From positions 90,703 through 154,702 of the forward strand of contig CAVQDZ010000001.1 of NCBI GenBank assembly GCA_963711405.1: a stretch of DNA of 64,000 nt, given 5' to 3'. Source of the stretch: an uncultured Chloroflexia bacterium (GTDB lineage Bacteria; Chloroflexota; Limnocylindria; Limnocylindrales; CSP1-4). Below the pieces are notes generated by a model, which was given only the letters and a program-made list of their open reading frames with translations, ran no database searches and was not told where the DNA came from. Each line of letters begins with the position of its first letter. Positions within the stretch are counted from its first letter, which is position 1. This document shows positions 1 through 10,180 of this stretch, one piece after another. The translations under genes were made by a program, and so were the position numbers.

Positions 1-1359
1 CATGGAGCTCGCCAACGTCTCGACCAGCGCCTGGACGAAGACCATCCACGTGCCCAGCAGGAATGCGCGCACGAGCAGGTCGGCGGTCGGGGCGCGCACG
101 GCGCGCCAAACCTGGAGCGTCAGCACGACCGTGAAGATGAGTAGCGCAATGAGCCCGATGACGCCGGTCTCACCCAGGATGCGCGGCCAGAACGTGTCGC
201 TCACGAAGTTCGAGTGCTGCTCACTGAGTCCATCGATCTGGTCGAGCCCGTACTCGGCGTAGACCGGCGAGTACGGGTCGCGACTGACACCGCTGCCATA
301 GCGTCCCAGGCCGGCGCCAAACGGGAAATCGTCACGGGCGATGAGCACGGAGGTCTGATACAGCGCGACGCGCGCATCGGGCGTGCCGGTGCCGGTTCCG
401 GGTGCCGGATAGAGGGTCACATCGGCGAGACCGACCAGCGAGGGCAGGAAGACCAGGCCCACAAGAACCACGGCAACGACGGCCGGCCACCATGCGCGCA
501 GCGTCGTGCGTGCCGACCGTTCGCTGCGCGCGAATGCGGCGATGCCCGCGATCAGCGCCGCACCCACGCTGGCAATCGCTCGCCGTCGGCCGGCGAGGAC
601 CGTACCGACGCTGAACGCGGCGGCGCCCAGGAGCAGCCACCAGCGCCGCAGGAAGACGTAGCCAGCCACCAGATAGATGCCCACGAAGGCCGTGAACCAG
701 GAGAACAGCACGGGGTGATAGAAGACCGACTTGACGCTGGGCAGGCCTTCGCGCGGGGTCGAGATGTCGCTCAGGTTGAGCGTCGCGCGGAAGCGCGCCG
801 GGTCTGCCAGCTCGAGCGGCACGAGCGCCAGGACGAACACTCCAATGGCCAGCACGACCGGATAGAGCTGGCGAATGTCGGCGGGCTTGAAATCGTGCCA
901 CAGCACGATGTACAGAAAGGCGAAGACCTTGCCCAGGAGCAGCAGACCCAACGGCCAAACCGTGTTGGGCACGTTGTTGACGATGCTGCTTCCGACCCCG
1001 GCCACGAACATGACGAGCAGCGCTCCGTCGCGCAGCGGATCGATCAGATCGTGCCGCCAGGGCCTGGTCCGGACGGCCGCGGCAACGAACAGGACGGGCA
1101 CGACAATCTCGTCGATGTGGCGCAGGTCGGGCGTCAGCCAACGGCCGAGCGTGTGGTAGAAGAGGACGAGCAGCGCGAAGACGAGCAGCGTCGGCTTGGG
1201 CCACGGCACGTAGGCCAGCAGGATGGATGCGCTGGCCACGGCGAGCACCGCAGGACCCCTGACAGATCCCGGAGCGAGTAGCGCCGTGGCACTCATCAGG
1301 ACAAGAACGACTGCCCCGAGCACGATCGGCAGCCACGGGCTGGTCGAGTCGGCGCGCAC
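1..1359 (-). CDS. O-antigen ligase/polymerase (Wzy/WaaL-like) membrane protein, 3' end truncated by window edge
   Basis: Own translation of the minus frame running off the left edge (absent from the ORF track): multiple hydrophobic TM segments and ...FVSDTFWPRILGETGVIGLIALLIF... typical of the Wzy_C region. Lies downstream of the sugar transferase. Start uncertain (GTG 1359, or ~1414 with a frameshift). Confidence 0.7.
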   Translation of the reverse strand, partial: MRADSTSPWLPIVLGAVVLVLMSATALLAPGSVRGPAVLAVASASILLAYVPWPKPTLLVFALLVLFYHTLGRWLTPDLRHIDEIVVPVLFVAAAVRTRPWRHDLIDPLRDGALLVMFVAGVGSSIVNNVPNTVWPLGLLLLGKVFAFLYIVLWHDFKPADIRQLYPVVLAIGVFVLALVPLELADPARFRATLNLSDISTPREGLPSVKSVFYHPVLFSWFTAFVGIYLVAGYVFLRRWWLLLGAAAFSVGTVLAGRRRAIASVGAALIAGIAAFARSERSARTTLRAWWPAVVAVVLVGLVFLPSLVGLADVTLYPAPGTGTGTPDARVALYQTSVLIARDDFPFGAGLGRYGSGVSRDPYSPVYAEYGLDQIDGLSEQHSNFVSDTFWPRILGETGVIGLIALLIFTVVLTLQVWRAVRAPTADLLVRAFLLGTWMVFVQALVETLASSM

Positions 1360-1421
1360 GAGCTTACGGAACGCGGCGCGCCGACCTGGGCGCGCCGTTC
1401 GGGACGTCGGTCACGGAGTGG

Positions 1422-2825
1422 TCAGCGGCCTTGCTGGGAGACGAGCGCCGGCACGGTCCGCGCGATGATCTTCACGTCGAGCCACAGCGACCAGCGGTCG
1501 ATGTACTCCAGATCGCGCTCGACCCACCGATCGAAGTCGGGGCTGTTGCGCGCACTCACCTGCCACAGGCCGGTGATGCCCGGCTTCATTGACAACCTGC
1601 GCCGGTGCCATACGTCGTAGCCCGCCACTTCGTCGGGCAGCGGCGGTCGCGGCCCGACGAGGCTCATGTCGCCGCGCAGGACGTTCCAGAGCTGTGGCAG
1701 CTCATCGATGCTCGCGCGCCGCAGGAATGCACCGGTACGCGTCAGGCGGGGATCGTTGGTCATCTTGAAGGCGCGCCCGCGCACCTCGTTGAACAGCGCA
1801 AGCTGCTGAACATGTCGGTCGGCTCCGCGAATCATCGTCCGGAACTTAACCACGCGGAAGGGCCGTCCGTTGAGCCCGACGCGCGTCTGGCGATAGATGA
1901 CCGGTGCTCCTTCCGCATGACGGATGTATAGCGCCACGAGCGCCAGCAGCGGGCTCGTGAGCAGCAACACGAGGGCGGCAACGCTCACGTCGACGAAACG
2001 CTTGATGAGCAGGCTCAGCGCCCGATCCGGGCCGTACACCAGGGAGGTGACCGTCAGGCCATCGAAGTCCTCGACGTAGCCGCCACTCACCAGCGGGCCG
2101 CCGTCGGACGGAATGCGCACGATCTTGCCCTCGCCGGCACACAGCTGGGTCAGTGGCTCGACGTAGTTCCAGTCGCTGACCGGCATGCACACGGCGATCT
2201 CATCGACCACGCGGCTGTGCAGGACGGCCTCCACCTCATCGAGGTCGCCGATCACGGGTCGCGCCGGGTTCGCGTCTTCCTCACCAGGCGCGCGCAGATG
2301 GCCGATGACGCGCAGGCCCAGGTCGGTTGCGCCCTCGAGACGGTTTGCGAATTCCTCCGCGAACGGGCCAGCGCCAACGACGAGCACGAAGCGTGTCATG
2401 CGTCCGCGGCGGCGCAATGCGCTGAGTGCTGAGCGAAGGACGACGCGAGCGCCAAAGGCATACGTCACCGTCGCCGCGATGAGTCCGGCGATGAGCAGCC
2501 TGCTGGCATCCGAGATGCGCTCGAGAAACAGCAGGACGATCATTGCAACGCCCAGGATCGCCGCGGCCCTGATCAGCGCGATAGCTTCGCTGCGCAGTGA
2601 GTAGCGCGCCCTTACTCGATAGAGACCCTGCAGGCCGACGAGCGCCGTCCAGCCCAGTGCGTACAGAACCGCGGCGAGGAGGCCATCAATGCCCAGGCGG
2701 TTCCAGCTGGTGTACCAGTCCGGCCCGTAGCGGGCGATGGAGACCACGACGAAGAGCACCGCCGCACCGATGAAATCGGCGGCCATGAGGCTCGCGCGAA
2801 GGACAGTGGTATGGCGACGGACCAA
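1422..2825 (-). CDS. Exopolysaccharide priming polyprenyl glycosylphosphotransferase (WcaJ/CpsE family)
   Basis: N-terminal TMs, CoA-binding-like domain (VLVVGAG), C-terminal KFRTM...DELPQLWNVLRGDMSLVGPRP...KPGITGLWQVS. GAGGAG SD before TTG and a TATACT -10 upstream. Confidence 0.93.
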   Translation of the reverse strand: MVRRHTTVLRASLMAADFIGAAVLFVVVSIARYGPDWYTSWNRLGIDGLLAAVLYALGWTALVGLQGLYRVRARYSLRSEAIALIRAAAILGVAMIVLLFLERISDASRLLIAGLIAATVTYAFGARVVLRSALSALRRRGRMTRFVLVVGAGPFAEEFANRLEGATDLGLRVIGHLRAPGEEDANPARPVIGDLDEVEAVLHSRVVDEIAVCMPVSDWNYVEPLTQLCAGEGKIVRIPSDGGPLVSGGYVEDFDGLTVTSLVYGPDRALSLLIKRFVDVSVAALVLLLTSPLLALVALYIRHAEGAPVIYRQTRVGLNGRPFRVVKFRTMIRGADRHVQQLALFNEVRGRAFKMTNDPRLTRTGAFLRRASIDELPQLWNVLRGDMSLVGPRPPLPDEVAGYDVWHRRRLSMKPGITGLWQVSARNSPDFDRWVERDLEYIDRWSLWLDVKIIARTVPALVSQQGR

Positions 2826-2904
2826 GAGCTCTCCTCAGCTGGGGCACCGGAGAGGGCCGCAGTATAGGACGCACTCTGGTTGGGGCCGTGCGCGGGCCTA
2901 TGAG

Positions 2905-4014
2905 CTAGCGGGAGATCAGGCTCGCGTCCGCTCCGACAGACACTAATAGCTCGGCAAACGAGGCCCGGAAGCGCGCGACGTCGAACTGTTGGGCGTGCGC
3001 ACGGATGTCCATCGGGACGAGCCGCAGTCCTTCGAGCCGATCGAGCGCATCGCTGACGCCTTCGACGCTCTGTTCATCGAACAGCACCCCGGTGACTCCG
3101 TCTACGACCGTCTCAGCAGCGCCGCCCGCATTGAACGCGACGACCGGCTTGCCCGCAGCCATCGCCTCAACCGGAGCGATGCCGAAGTCCTCCTCGCCGG
3201 GCAGGAGGTAGGCGGTGCAGCGGGCGAACAACTCGAGCAGGCGCGCGCGCGGGACGTAGCCCTCGAAGGTCACGGACGGTCCCGCGCGCTCTTCGAGCTG
3301 GCGGCGTTCCGGGCCGTCGCCGACGACGATCAGTCGCCTGCCGGCAGCCGTCGCGGCGTCGACGGCCAGGTCCACGCGGCGATACGCGAGCAGCCTGGCG
3401 GCGACGAGCAGGAAGCCGTCGTTCACGCTCGACAGCGCGACCTCTTGTGTGTCGACCGGTGGATAGATGACGTCCGCGTCGCGGCCCCACCACTCGCGGA
3501 TCCGTTCGCGGACGTTGCGCGAGTTGGCCACGAGGTAGTCGGGCTGGCGCGAGGTGCGGCGATCCCAGGTGCGCAGCGGTGCGCTCATCAGCCGGCCCGC
3601 CAGGCGCGCCGGCCGGCCCAGCGACGAGCCGCGCTCGTACGCGCCGAGCTGCCACGCAAAACGCATCGGCGCGTGGATGTAGGCCACGTGAACATGTCGG
3701 TGCGACGTGCGAATGGCCTTGGCAAAGGCCGACGAGCTGCTCACCACCAGGTCGTAGCCGCGCAGGTCAAGCGCGGAGAAGTAGGCGGGGTAGAGCGGCA
3801 GCAGCGTGCGGAAGCGCTTCTCGTCGAAGTGGCCGGACAGCGGCCAGGTGTGGACGCGCGCCGCGTCGATCCGCTCGCCGAAGCGCTCCGCGTCGAAAAA
3901 CGTCGTGAACACCTGCGCGCTCGGCAATAGCCGCGCCAGCTCGATGGCGACGCGCTCGGCACCTCCGTCCTGGACGAAGTAGTCGTGGACGATGGCCACT
4001 CCGGATTGGTTCAC
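2905..4014 (-). CDS. Glycosyltransferase family 4 (GT-B)
   Basis: AIVHDY..GGAERV and EEDFGIAPVEAMAAGKPVV motifs. Confidence 0.92.
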   Translation of the reverse strand: MNQSGVAIVHDYFVQDGGAERVAIELARLLPSAQVFTTFFDAERFGERIDAARVHTWPLSGHFDEKRFRTLLPLYPAYFSALDLRGYDLVVSSSSAFAKAIRTSHRHVHVAYIHAPMRFAWQLGAYERGSSLGRPARLAGRLMSAPLRTWDRRTSRQPDYLVANSRNVRERIREWWGRDADVIYPPVDTQEVALSSVNDGFLLVAARLLAYRRVDLAVDAATAAGRRLIVVGDGPERRQLEERAGPSVTFEGYVPRARLLELFARCTAYLLPGEEDFGIAPVEAMAAGKPVVAFNAGGAAETVVDGVTGVLFDEQSVEGVSDALDRLEGLRLVPMDIRAHAQQFDVARFRASFAELLVSVGADASLISR

Positions 4015-4036
4015 CTGCGCTCACGCCCGCGCAGTG

Positions 4037-4940
4037 CTAGCGCAGATGGTTCGGGCTGTCGCCCGGCCCGGCCAGGTAGCCCATCAGGTGCCCGGTCGCC
4101 TGCACGTACTCGAGCCAGACGGCGAACGGCGCGCTCATGAGCAGCTCGCGCCGCAACCTGCCCTTGGCCAGGCCGGTCCGGATAACGCGCCCCACCCGCC
4201 AGGCCGGCAGCATGTACGCAGTGGCCATGCGCAGCCACTCCTCCCGAGTCATGCCGCGCGCGCGGCGAAAGGCGGAGATCGTGCGGCCGTTGTGGTAGTG
4301 AATTGATGTCGTCCAGCGCAGTCCTACCGTTTCGAAGTGGTCGACGACCATCCGATCGTCGACGCGCAACACCTCGCCGGCCTGAGCGAGGCGTTGGTTG
4401 TACAGGATGGCCATGAAACCCGAACCGTCGTCGGGGTCGTAGCGCTCCAGGGTCCCACGCTTGTACGACACATTGGCCTCGTTGGTGGTCATGGCTACGA
4501 CCGAGTCCCCGAGGGGTGCCATGTGCGGACCCTGGGTGGTGAAGTAGCTGGCCCACTCAAGGAGCCCCTCGGCCGAGCCGTTCTCGATCGCGCCACCGAT
4601 CGCCGCCGCCTCAGGATGTCGCTCATGCGCGTCCAGCACGGCGGCGATCCATCCGGCGCGCGGCAGCGCATGGTCCTCGGTCAGGGCGACTACATCGCCG
4701 CGCGCCGCACGCAGGCCGATGGCGTACAGCACGAAAACCGAGTCGCCCGGCGACTTGAGCCAGCGGACGGCCGGACCTATGTCCTCAGGCAACGGCGGCA
4801 TGTTGTTGCTGCCGTCGACGACGACGATCTCCGCGCCGACGCTCTCCGCACTCGACACGCAGCGATGCGAGCAGGTCGCTTACGTACGGCCAGCCCTCGC
4901 CAGTCGCGATCACGATTGACAGTGGCTGCCGATCAGCCAT
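4037..4940 (-). CDS. GT2-like glycosyltransferase, frameshifted at ~4860
   Basis: N-terminus MADRQPLSIVIAT.. (ORF 4785..5000, ATG 4940) joins ..AESVGAEIVVVDGS..ALTEDH (ORF 4037..4858). Paralogous to the two upstream genes. Confidence 0.75.
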
Positions 4941-4944
4941 GTCT

Positions 4945-5865
4945 CTAGAAGAGCCGGCTTGGACTGACGCCTGGTCCCGCCGCGTAGCCGAGCAGCTCAC
5001 CGGCCATCGCGCAGTACTGGAACCAGATGTGCGCAGGCAGGACCCGGGCCATGCGCGCTGCGGTCATGCCGTCCTGCATCTGCTTGCCGCGCACGATGCG
5101 CATCTGGCGCACGGCCCGGTAAGACGGCAGTACCGGCGAGCTGACGATGCGCAGCCAGTCGCCGCGGGTCATGTGCCGACGCCGGTAGCCGGCGATTGTT
5201 CGGCCGTTGTCGAACTCCGCGCGCGAGGTGCCCACGAGCCCCTGTGACTGGCTGTGCCAGACGCGAATGGAATCATCGGCGACAAGGTCTTCGCCTTCCA
5301 GCGCGTGAGGCAGCTCCAGAAAGTCGATGACGCCGTGCTCATCGTCGCCGCCCAGGCGCTCCAGGACACGTCGTTTGTACGAGACATTCGCCGGACCTGA
5401 GATACGCCGCGCAACACCGTTGACCAGCGGCGGCATGAACGGGCCCTGGGTCAGGAAGAAGGCGGCCCAATCGACAAGCTTGTCGTTGGTTCGGTTGTAG
5501 ACAGCGCCGCCGATAGCACCCGCGTTCGGGTTAGCTGCGTGTACCGCAAGAATGCGCTCGATCCAGTCGGGCGCGACGTCGACGTGGTCCTCTGTGATTG
5601 CCACGATTTCGCCGCGCGCAGCGCGATAGCCGGCCAGCCGCAGCTGGAAGACCGACTGTTCGGGCATGGTCAACCAGCGTACGACGGGAGCCAGCTCGCC
5701 CAGCTCCGCGTCTGTTGGCGCGGACTTGCCGGAGCCGTCGGCAACGATGAACTCGCCGCCCACGGCGAGCGTCTGCCTGCCGATCAGGCGTATGGCCGGT
5801 TCCGCATCGGGCCAGCCACGGATGCTGGCGATGAGCGCGGTGATTGGCAGCGCGTCGCCGCTCAT
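4945..5865 (-). CDS. GT2-like glycosyltransferase
   Basis: ITALIASIRGW, IVADGS, AITEDH, ANVSYKR. ATG 5865 chosen to avoid overlap with the upstream gene. Confidence 0.8.
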   Translation of the reverse strand: MSGDALPITALIASIRGWPDAEPAIRLIGRQTLAVGGEFIVADGSGKSAPTDAELGELAPVVRWLTMPEQSVFQLRLAGYRAARGEIVAITEDHVDVAPDWIERILAVHAANPNAGAIGGAVYNRTNDKLVDWAAFFLTQGPFMPPLVNGVARRISGPANVSYKRRVLERLGGDDEHGVIDFLELPHALEGEDLVADDSIRVWHSQSQGLVGTSRAEFDNGRTIAGYRRRHMTRGDWLRIVSSPVLPSYRAVRQMRIVRGKQMQDGMTAARMARVLPAHIWFQYCAMAGELLGYAAGPGVSPSRLF

Positions 5866-5887
5866 TGCGCCCCCTGCGTGGTTCGTC

Positions 5888-6787
5888 TCAATGCACCTCC
5901 CGCCCGCTCTTTCCAGGACCGCCAAGATATCCGACGCCCTCGCCCATGGTGTGCGACAGATGAAATAGTGCGATGACCGGCGCGCTCGTCAGCACCTCCG
6001 CCTGTATCTGCGGCTTGGTGCGCGAAAGCGCGATCGTGCGCGCCGTGCGGAAGATCGCCACCGGCACCGGTGCCACCGCGCGCAGCCAGTCGCGCGCGGT
6101 CATCCGCTGACGCCGCAGGCCGGCCACGACGCGCCCGTTGTGGAAGAGCAGGCGGGCCGTCGCAGGGAACCCGGCGGATTGGAAATGGGTGACCATGGTT
6201 CGGTCGGTGGCGAGCACCTCGTAGCCCGCATCGCGCAATGCGCTGACGTAGCGAAACTCGAGTACCTGGTCGCCCGTGGGAGGAAGCTCCTTGAACACCC
6301 ACGCCTTGAACGAGAGGTTGGCGTGACCGGGCGCGCCGCCGGCCACGGGCTGTGGCGGCGCCCAGGCCAGGTACCCCACGCAATAAAGGGCCCAGTCGAC
6401 AGCCTTGCCGCGCGAGCCGTTCTCGACAAGCCCGAAGATGCCTGCCGCGCCGGGCAGTCGCTGATGCTCTTCAACCACGCGCTGCGCCCAGTCGGCTGCG
6501 GGTTCGCAATGATCCTCAGTCACGGCGATTACAGCTCCCCGCGACTCCCGATAAGCACGCTGGCGCAGCTCGTACCCGGGCGTGTGAGCCAATCGTAGCC
6601 AGCGAATGTTGTCGGCCTTAGAGAAATCCGGCGCGGGCAGCCCGCTCGAATCGGCGACGATCAGCTCGGCACCGGCCGCCTCGAGTTGCGGCACGACGGC
6701 GTCCACGCTGCGGCGCATCTGCGGCCAGCCCACGCGCGTGGGAATGACGATCGTCAGCCGATACGCTCGATTGTCTGTGGCCGACAA
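5888..6787 (-). CDS. GT2-like glycosyltransferase
   Basis: LTIVIPT, LIVADSS, AVTEDH GT-A motifs. Confidence 0.82.
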   Translation of the reverse strand: MSATDNRAYRLTIVIPTRVGWPQMRRSVDAVVPQLEAAGAELIVADSSGLPAPDFSKADNIRWLRLAHTPGYELRQRAYRESRGAVIAVTEDHCEPAADWAQRVVEEHQRLPGAAGIFGLVENGSRGKAVDWALYCVGYLAWAPPQPVAGGAPGHANLSFKAWVFKELPPTGDQVLEFRYVSALRDAGYEVLATDRTMVTHFQSAGFPATARLLFHNGRVVAGLRRQRMTARDWLRAVAPVPVAIFRTARTIALSRTKPQIQAEVLTSAPVIALFHLSHTMGEGVGYLGGPGKSGREVH

Positions 6788-6823
6788 ATTCCTTCCTCTC
6801 GCGTATCAAGCATTCTAGAAACA

Positions 6824-7928
6824 GTGAGTGCAATCAGCGATCGAGTTGTAGTGGATGTCGCGCCCGTGCGCGCACAGCCCGCAGGCGTGGGCCTGTATGT
6901 CGCGCGCCTCACGGGCGAGCTGGTCAAGCGTGCGGACCTGTCGCTCGGGTTGATCGGCGTTCGCCCTGAAGCGAGCTCGCTGCCCGCCATCGATCCGAAC
7001 ATCCCGCAGCGCGCGTTCTCGACGCCCAGCTACCACGCCTGGATGCAGCTCGCTGCTGAGCGCGACGCGCACAGGCTGAATGCCCGCCTGATCCATTTCA
7101 CCAATGCCGCCGCGCCCATCCTGGGCCGGATCCCGTACGTGCTCACCGTTCACGACCTGTCGATCGGGCGGGAGCCTCTGACCCATCCGATCAGGCGTTG
7201 GCCGATCGTGCCCGTGAATCTCCTGGCGCTGCCCCGCGCGCGGACGGTCATCGTGCCCTCGCGCTGGACCGCGCGCGAGCTGCGACGCATCGGCGTCGAC
7301 GCCGGACGCATCGTCGTAATCCCGCACGCGCCGGCGTTTCCTGCGGCCACTGACGGGGGCGCTGTCGCGCGACGCCTCGGTCTCGCGGCCGGTGGCTACG
7401 TGCTCTATTTCGGCACGCTTGAGCCGCGCAAGAACATCGTTCGCCTCGTCGGGGCATTCGAGCGAGTGGCCGGCGAGATGCCCGATCTGCGCCTCGTCCT
7501 CGCCGGTAGCCGCGGTTGGCGTTTCGCCGGCCTCGAGGAGCGCATCGCGGCGAGCCCCATGCGCGAGCGGATCGTCATGCCCGGCTATGTCGACGATGCC
7601 GATCTGGCCGCGCTGATTGCTTCCAGCGCGGCCGTTGCGTACGTGTCGATCTACGAAGGCTTCGGCATGCCCGTGGTCGACGCAATGGCCCTCGGCGCCG
7701 CCGTCGTCACCTCGCGCACGTCGTCGATGCCGGAGGCGGCCGGCGGCGCGGCCGTGCTCGTCGACCCACGTGACGAGGCCGATATCGCGCGTGGCATCGC
7801 GGCCGCGCTCGCACGCCGAGCATGAGCTTGGCCGGCGCGGCCGCGAGTACGCCAACCGACGGAGCTGGGCGGACGTGGCCGACGAGCACGTTGAGGTGTA
7901 CCGCCACGTGCTGCGGGGCCAGAGGTGA
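6824..7928 (+). CDS. Glycosyltransferase family 4 (mannosyltransferase-like), frameshifted at ~7815
   Basis: GTLEPRKN, YEGFGMPVVDAMALG, SSMPEAAG. The expected C-terminal helix (..ELGRRGREYANRRSWADVADEHVEVY..) continues in another frame to TGA 7928, overlapping the next ATG. Confidence 0.85.
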
Positions 7929-8803
7929 TGGCCGTCGAAGATCATCCGGCGCGCATGGCGCGCATCGCGCGCGGCGCCGACGGTGCCGGACCGCTGCGCC
8001 GCCTGTACCGGGAATCGCGATTGCGGCGCCTGCTGCGCGTCGACTGGTCTCATCGCGGGCTCACCGCGAACGACGTCATGCTCGCCTCGTATCCGCGCTC
8101 GGGCAACGCGTGGCTGGCGTTTATCGTGCTCGAGATGACCGGACGCGGTGCCGGCTTCGACACGGTCCGCTTCGACGCTCCGATCGTCGGCGCGCACTCC
8201 GACGCACCCGCGCTGGTGCCCGGCGGCGGCCGCTTCATCAAGACCCACGAGCCGTACGTGCCGGCATATCGACGCGCCATCCATCTTGTGCGCGACCCGC
8301 GCGACGTGGCGCTGTCCTATTTCCGCTTCATGCAGCGCGCCGGCGAGCTCGTGCTGCAGCCGACAGACGATCGGGCGGCGACCTTCGACCGCTATCTCGA
8401 CGCCTTCCTGGCCGGCCGGCTCCATCCCCACGGGACCTGGCAGGAGCATCTCGACTCGTGGCTCGCCGCGCAGGCTGACGGCCGCGCGGACGTCCTCAGA
8501 CTTCGCTACGAGGACATGCGCAGCGACGCGCCGGCGCACGTGGCCCGGATCGGTGCGTGGCTCGGACTCGACCTGTCGTCCGACCAGGCCACCGATGTGG
8601 CCGCCCGCTGCTCTCTCGAGCAGATGCGCGAGAAGGAGCTCGCCTCCGATCCGAGCGTCTTCGGGCGAGTGCGGCCGGAGATCGCGTATGTCGGCGACGC
8701 CCACGTTGGAGGCTGGCACGACGCACTGACCCACGATCAGCAGCAGCGCTTCGCTCGCTTCGCCGACGGGCTGGCGCAGATGGGCTACGAGCCTGCGATC
8801 TGA
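7928..8803 (+). CDS. PAPS-dependent sulfotransferase domain protein
   Basis: 5'-PSB loop SYPRSGNAW, IKTH, 3'-PB motif VRDPRDVALSY, LRYEDM. Confidence 0.88.
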   Translation: MAVEDHPARMARIARGADGAGPLRRLYRESRLRRLLRVDWSHRGLTANDVMLASYPRSGNAWLAFIVLEMTGRGAGFDTVRFDAPIVGAHSDAPALVPGGGRFIKTHEPYVPAYRRAIHLVRDPRDVALSYFRFMQRAGELVLQPTDDRAATFDRYLDAFLAGRLHPHGTWQEHLDSWLAAQADGRADVLRLRYEDMRSDAPAHVARIGAWLGLDLSSDQATDVAARCSLEQMREKELASDPSVFGRVRPEIAYVGDAHVGGWHDALTHDQQQRFARFADGLAQMGYEPAI

Positions 8804-8887
8804 GGCACGTTTGAGGCGCTCCGCCGGAGTACCAATACCAAAGGTCCGGATCGACGGGCGCGCGCGCAGCCGCGATGCTCACCATCA

Positions 8888-10180
8888 GTGGCGAACGAGG
8901 AGCCGACCCCTGCCGGACTGACCGACTTTCACGCCGGCGGCACGCCAGACGCTCCCAACGGTGCCGATTCGCGTGAGCGCACACTGCTCCGGCGCGTCCG
9001 TCGGACCGTCTACGGCCTGCTCACGATTCTGGGCGCCCTGCTGCTGGTCAGCTTCGTGCGCGCTCCGCACGAGCTGCTCGGGCTGCTCGAGTTGGCCTGC
9101 GTGGTGGCCTTGGGCGCGGGAATGTGGACGCAGCACGAGCTCGGCCGGCGGCTGAACGAAAGGCGCGCGGCGCGCGACGCGGGCCTGACACGCATGCTCC
9201 AGGGCATGTCGCGCTCGGTGTCATCGGACGCGATCGTCCAGACCATCGTGGATGAGTTGCGCGGCGCCGCGGATGCCGACCACATCCTCGTCGCGCGCCT
9301 ACGACCGGTCGACCGTGTCGTCGAGGCGACGCTTGTCTCAAGCCGCGCACGCGTGCCGCCATCGCGGACCGTCCTGCCCGCGGGCATCCTCGACCCGTCG
9401 CGGCTGCCCGCGGCGCGCCGCCAGCTGCCGCCGGGAACGGATGCGCGTGACCACGATGCGCAGATCGTGGCCGACGAGATCGCGCACCGCCTGTCCGAGT
9501 CGTACGCGCTGCCCAACACGCTGGCCATGCCGCTCGTGGCCGATAACGAGATCCTTGGCGCGCTCATCCTGTCGCGCCGCCAGCGGCGCGACTGGTCGAG
9601 CGCTGATCGGCGCCTGTTGTCGTGGGCGTCGGCGGAGCTGTCGGCGGCGTTGACTCGGGCGTTCGCCTTCGAGCAGGCGGAGAACCAGGCCAACATCGAC
9701 GCACTCACCGGCCTGCCCAACCGGCGCTACCTCGAGGAGCTGCTGGCCAGCGCCGGCCCGCGCCGCCGCGCGATCGACCAGCTCGGCGCGCTGATGATCG
9801 ACCTGGACCATTTCAAGAAGCTCAACGATCGCTACGGCCACGCTGCCGGCGACCGCGTTCTGCGCTCTGTTGGCGAGCGCATCTCCAACGCGGTTCGAGC
9901 TGAGGACACGCCGGCGCGCTACGGAGGCGAGGAATTCGCCGTGGTGTTGCGCAAGGCCACGGCCGAGCAGGCCGTCGAGATCGCCGAGCGCATTCGCGTC
10001 CAGATCGCGGAGATCCCGCCGGTCGAGATGGGCATTGCCGAGAAGATCACCGTGTCAATCGGCGTCGCGGTCGGCGAGGTACGCGTGGGCGAGGTGCCCG
10101 GCTTGCTTGCGGCCGCGGATGACGCGTTGTACAGCGCCAAACGCCAGGGCCGTAACCGTGTCGTCCTGGCTGCCGCCTAG
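8888..10180 (+). CDS. Membrane-anchored GAF-GGDEF diguanylate cyclase
   Basis: Two N-terminal TMs, GAF domain, DALTGLPNRR, IDLDHFK, RAED I-site and RYGGEEF active site. Confidence 0.92.
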   Translation: MANEEPTPAGLTDFHAGGTPDAPNGADSRERTLLRRVRRTVYGLLTILGALLLVSFVRAPHELLGLLELACVVALGAGMWTQHELGRRLNERRAARDAGLTRMLQGMSRSVSSDAIVQTIVDELRGAADADHILVARLRPVDRVVEATLVSSRARVPPSRTVLPAGILDPSRLPAARRQLPPGTDARDHDAQIVADEIAHRLSESYALPNTLAMPLVADNEILGALILSRRQRRDWSSADRRLLSWASAELSAALTRAFAFEQAENQANIDALTGLPNRRYLEELLASAGPRRRAIDQLGALMIDLDHFKKLNDRYGHAAGDRVLRSVGERISNAVRAEDTPARYGGEEFAVVLRKATAEQAVEIAERIRVQIAEIPPVEMGIAEKITVSIGVAVGEVRVGEVPGLLAAADDALYSAKRQGRNRVVLAAA

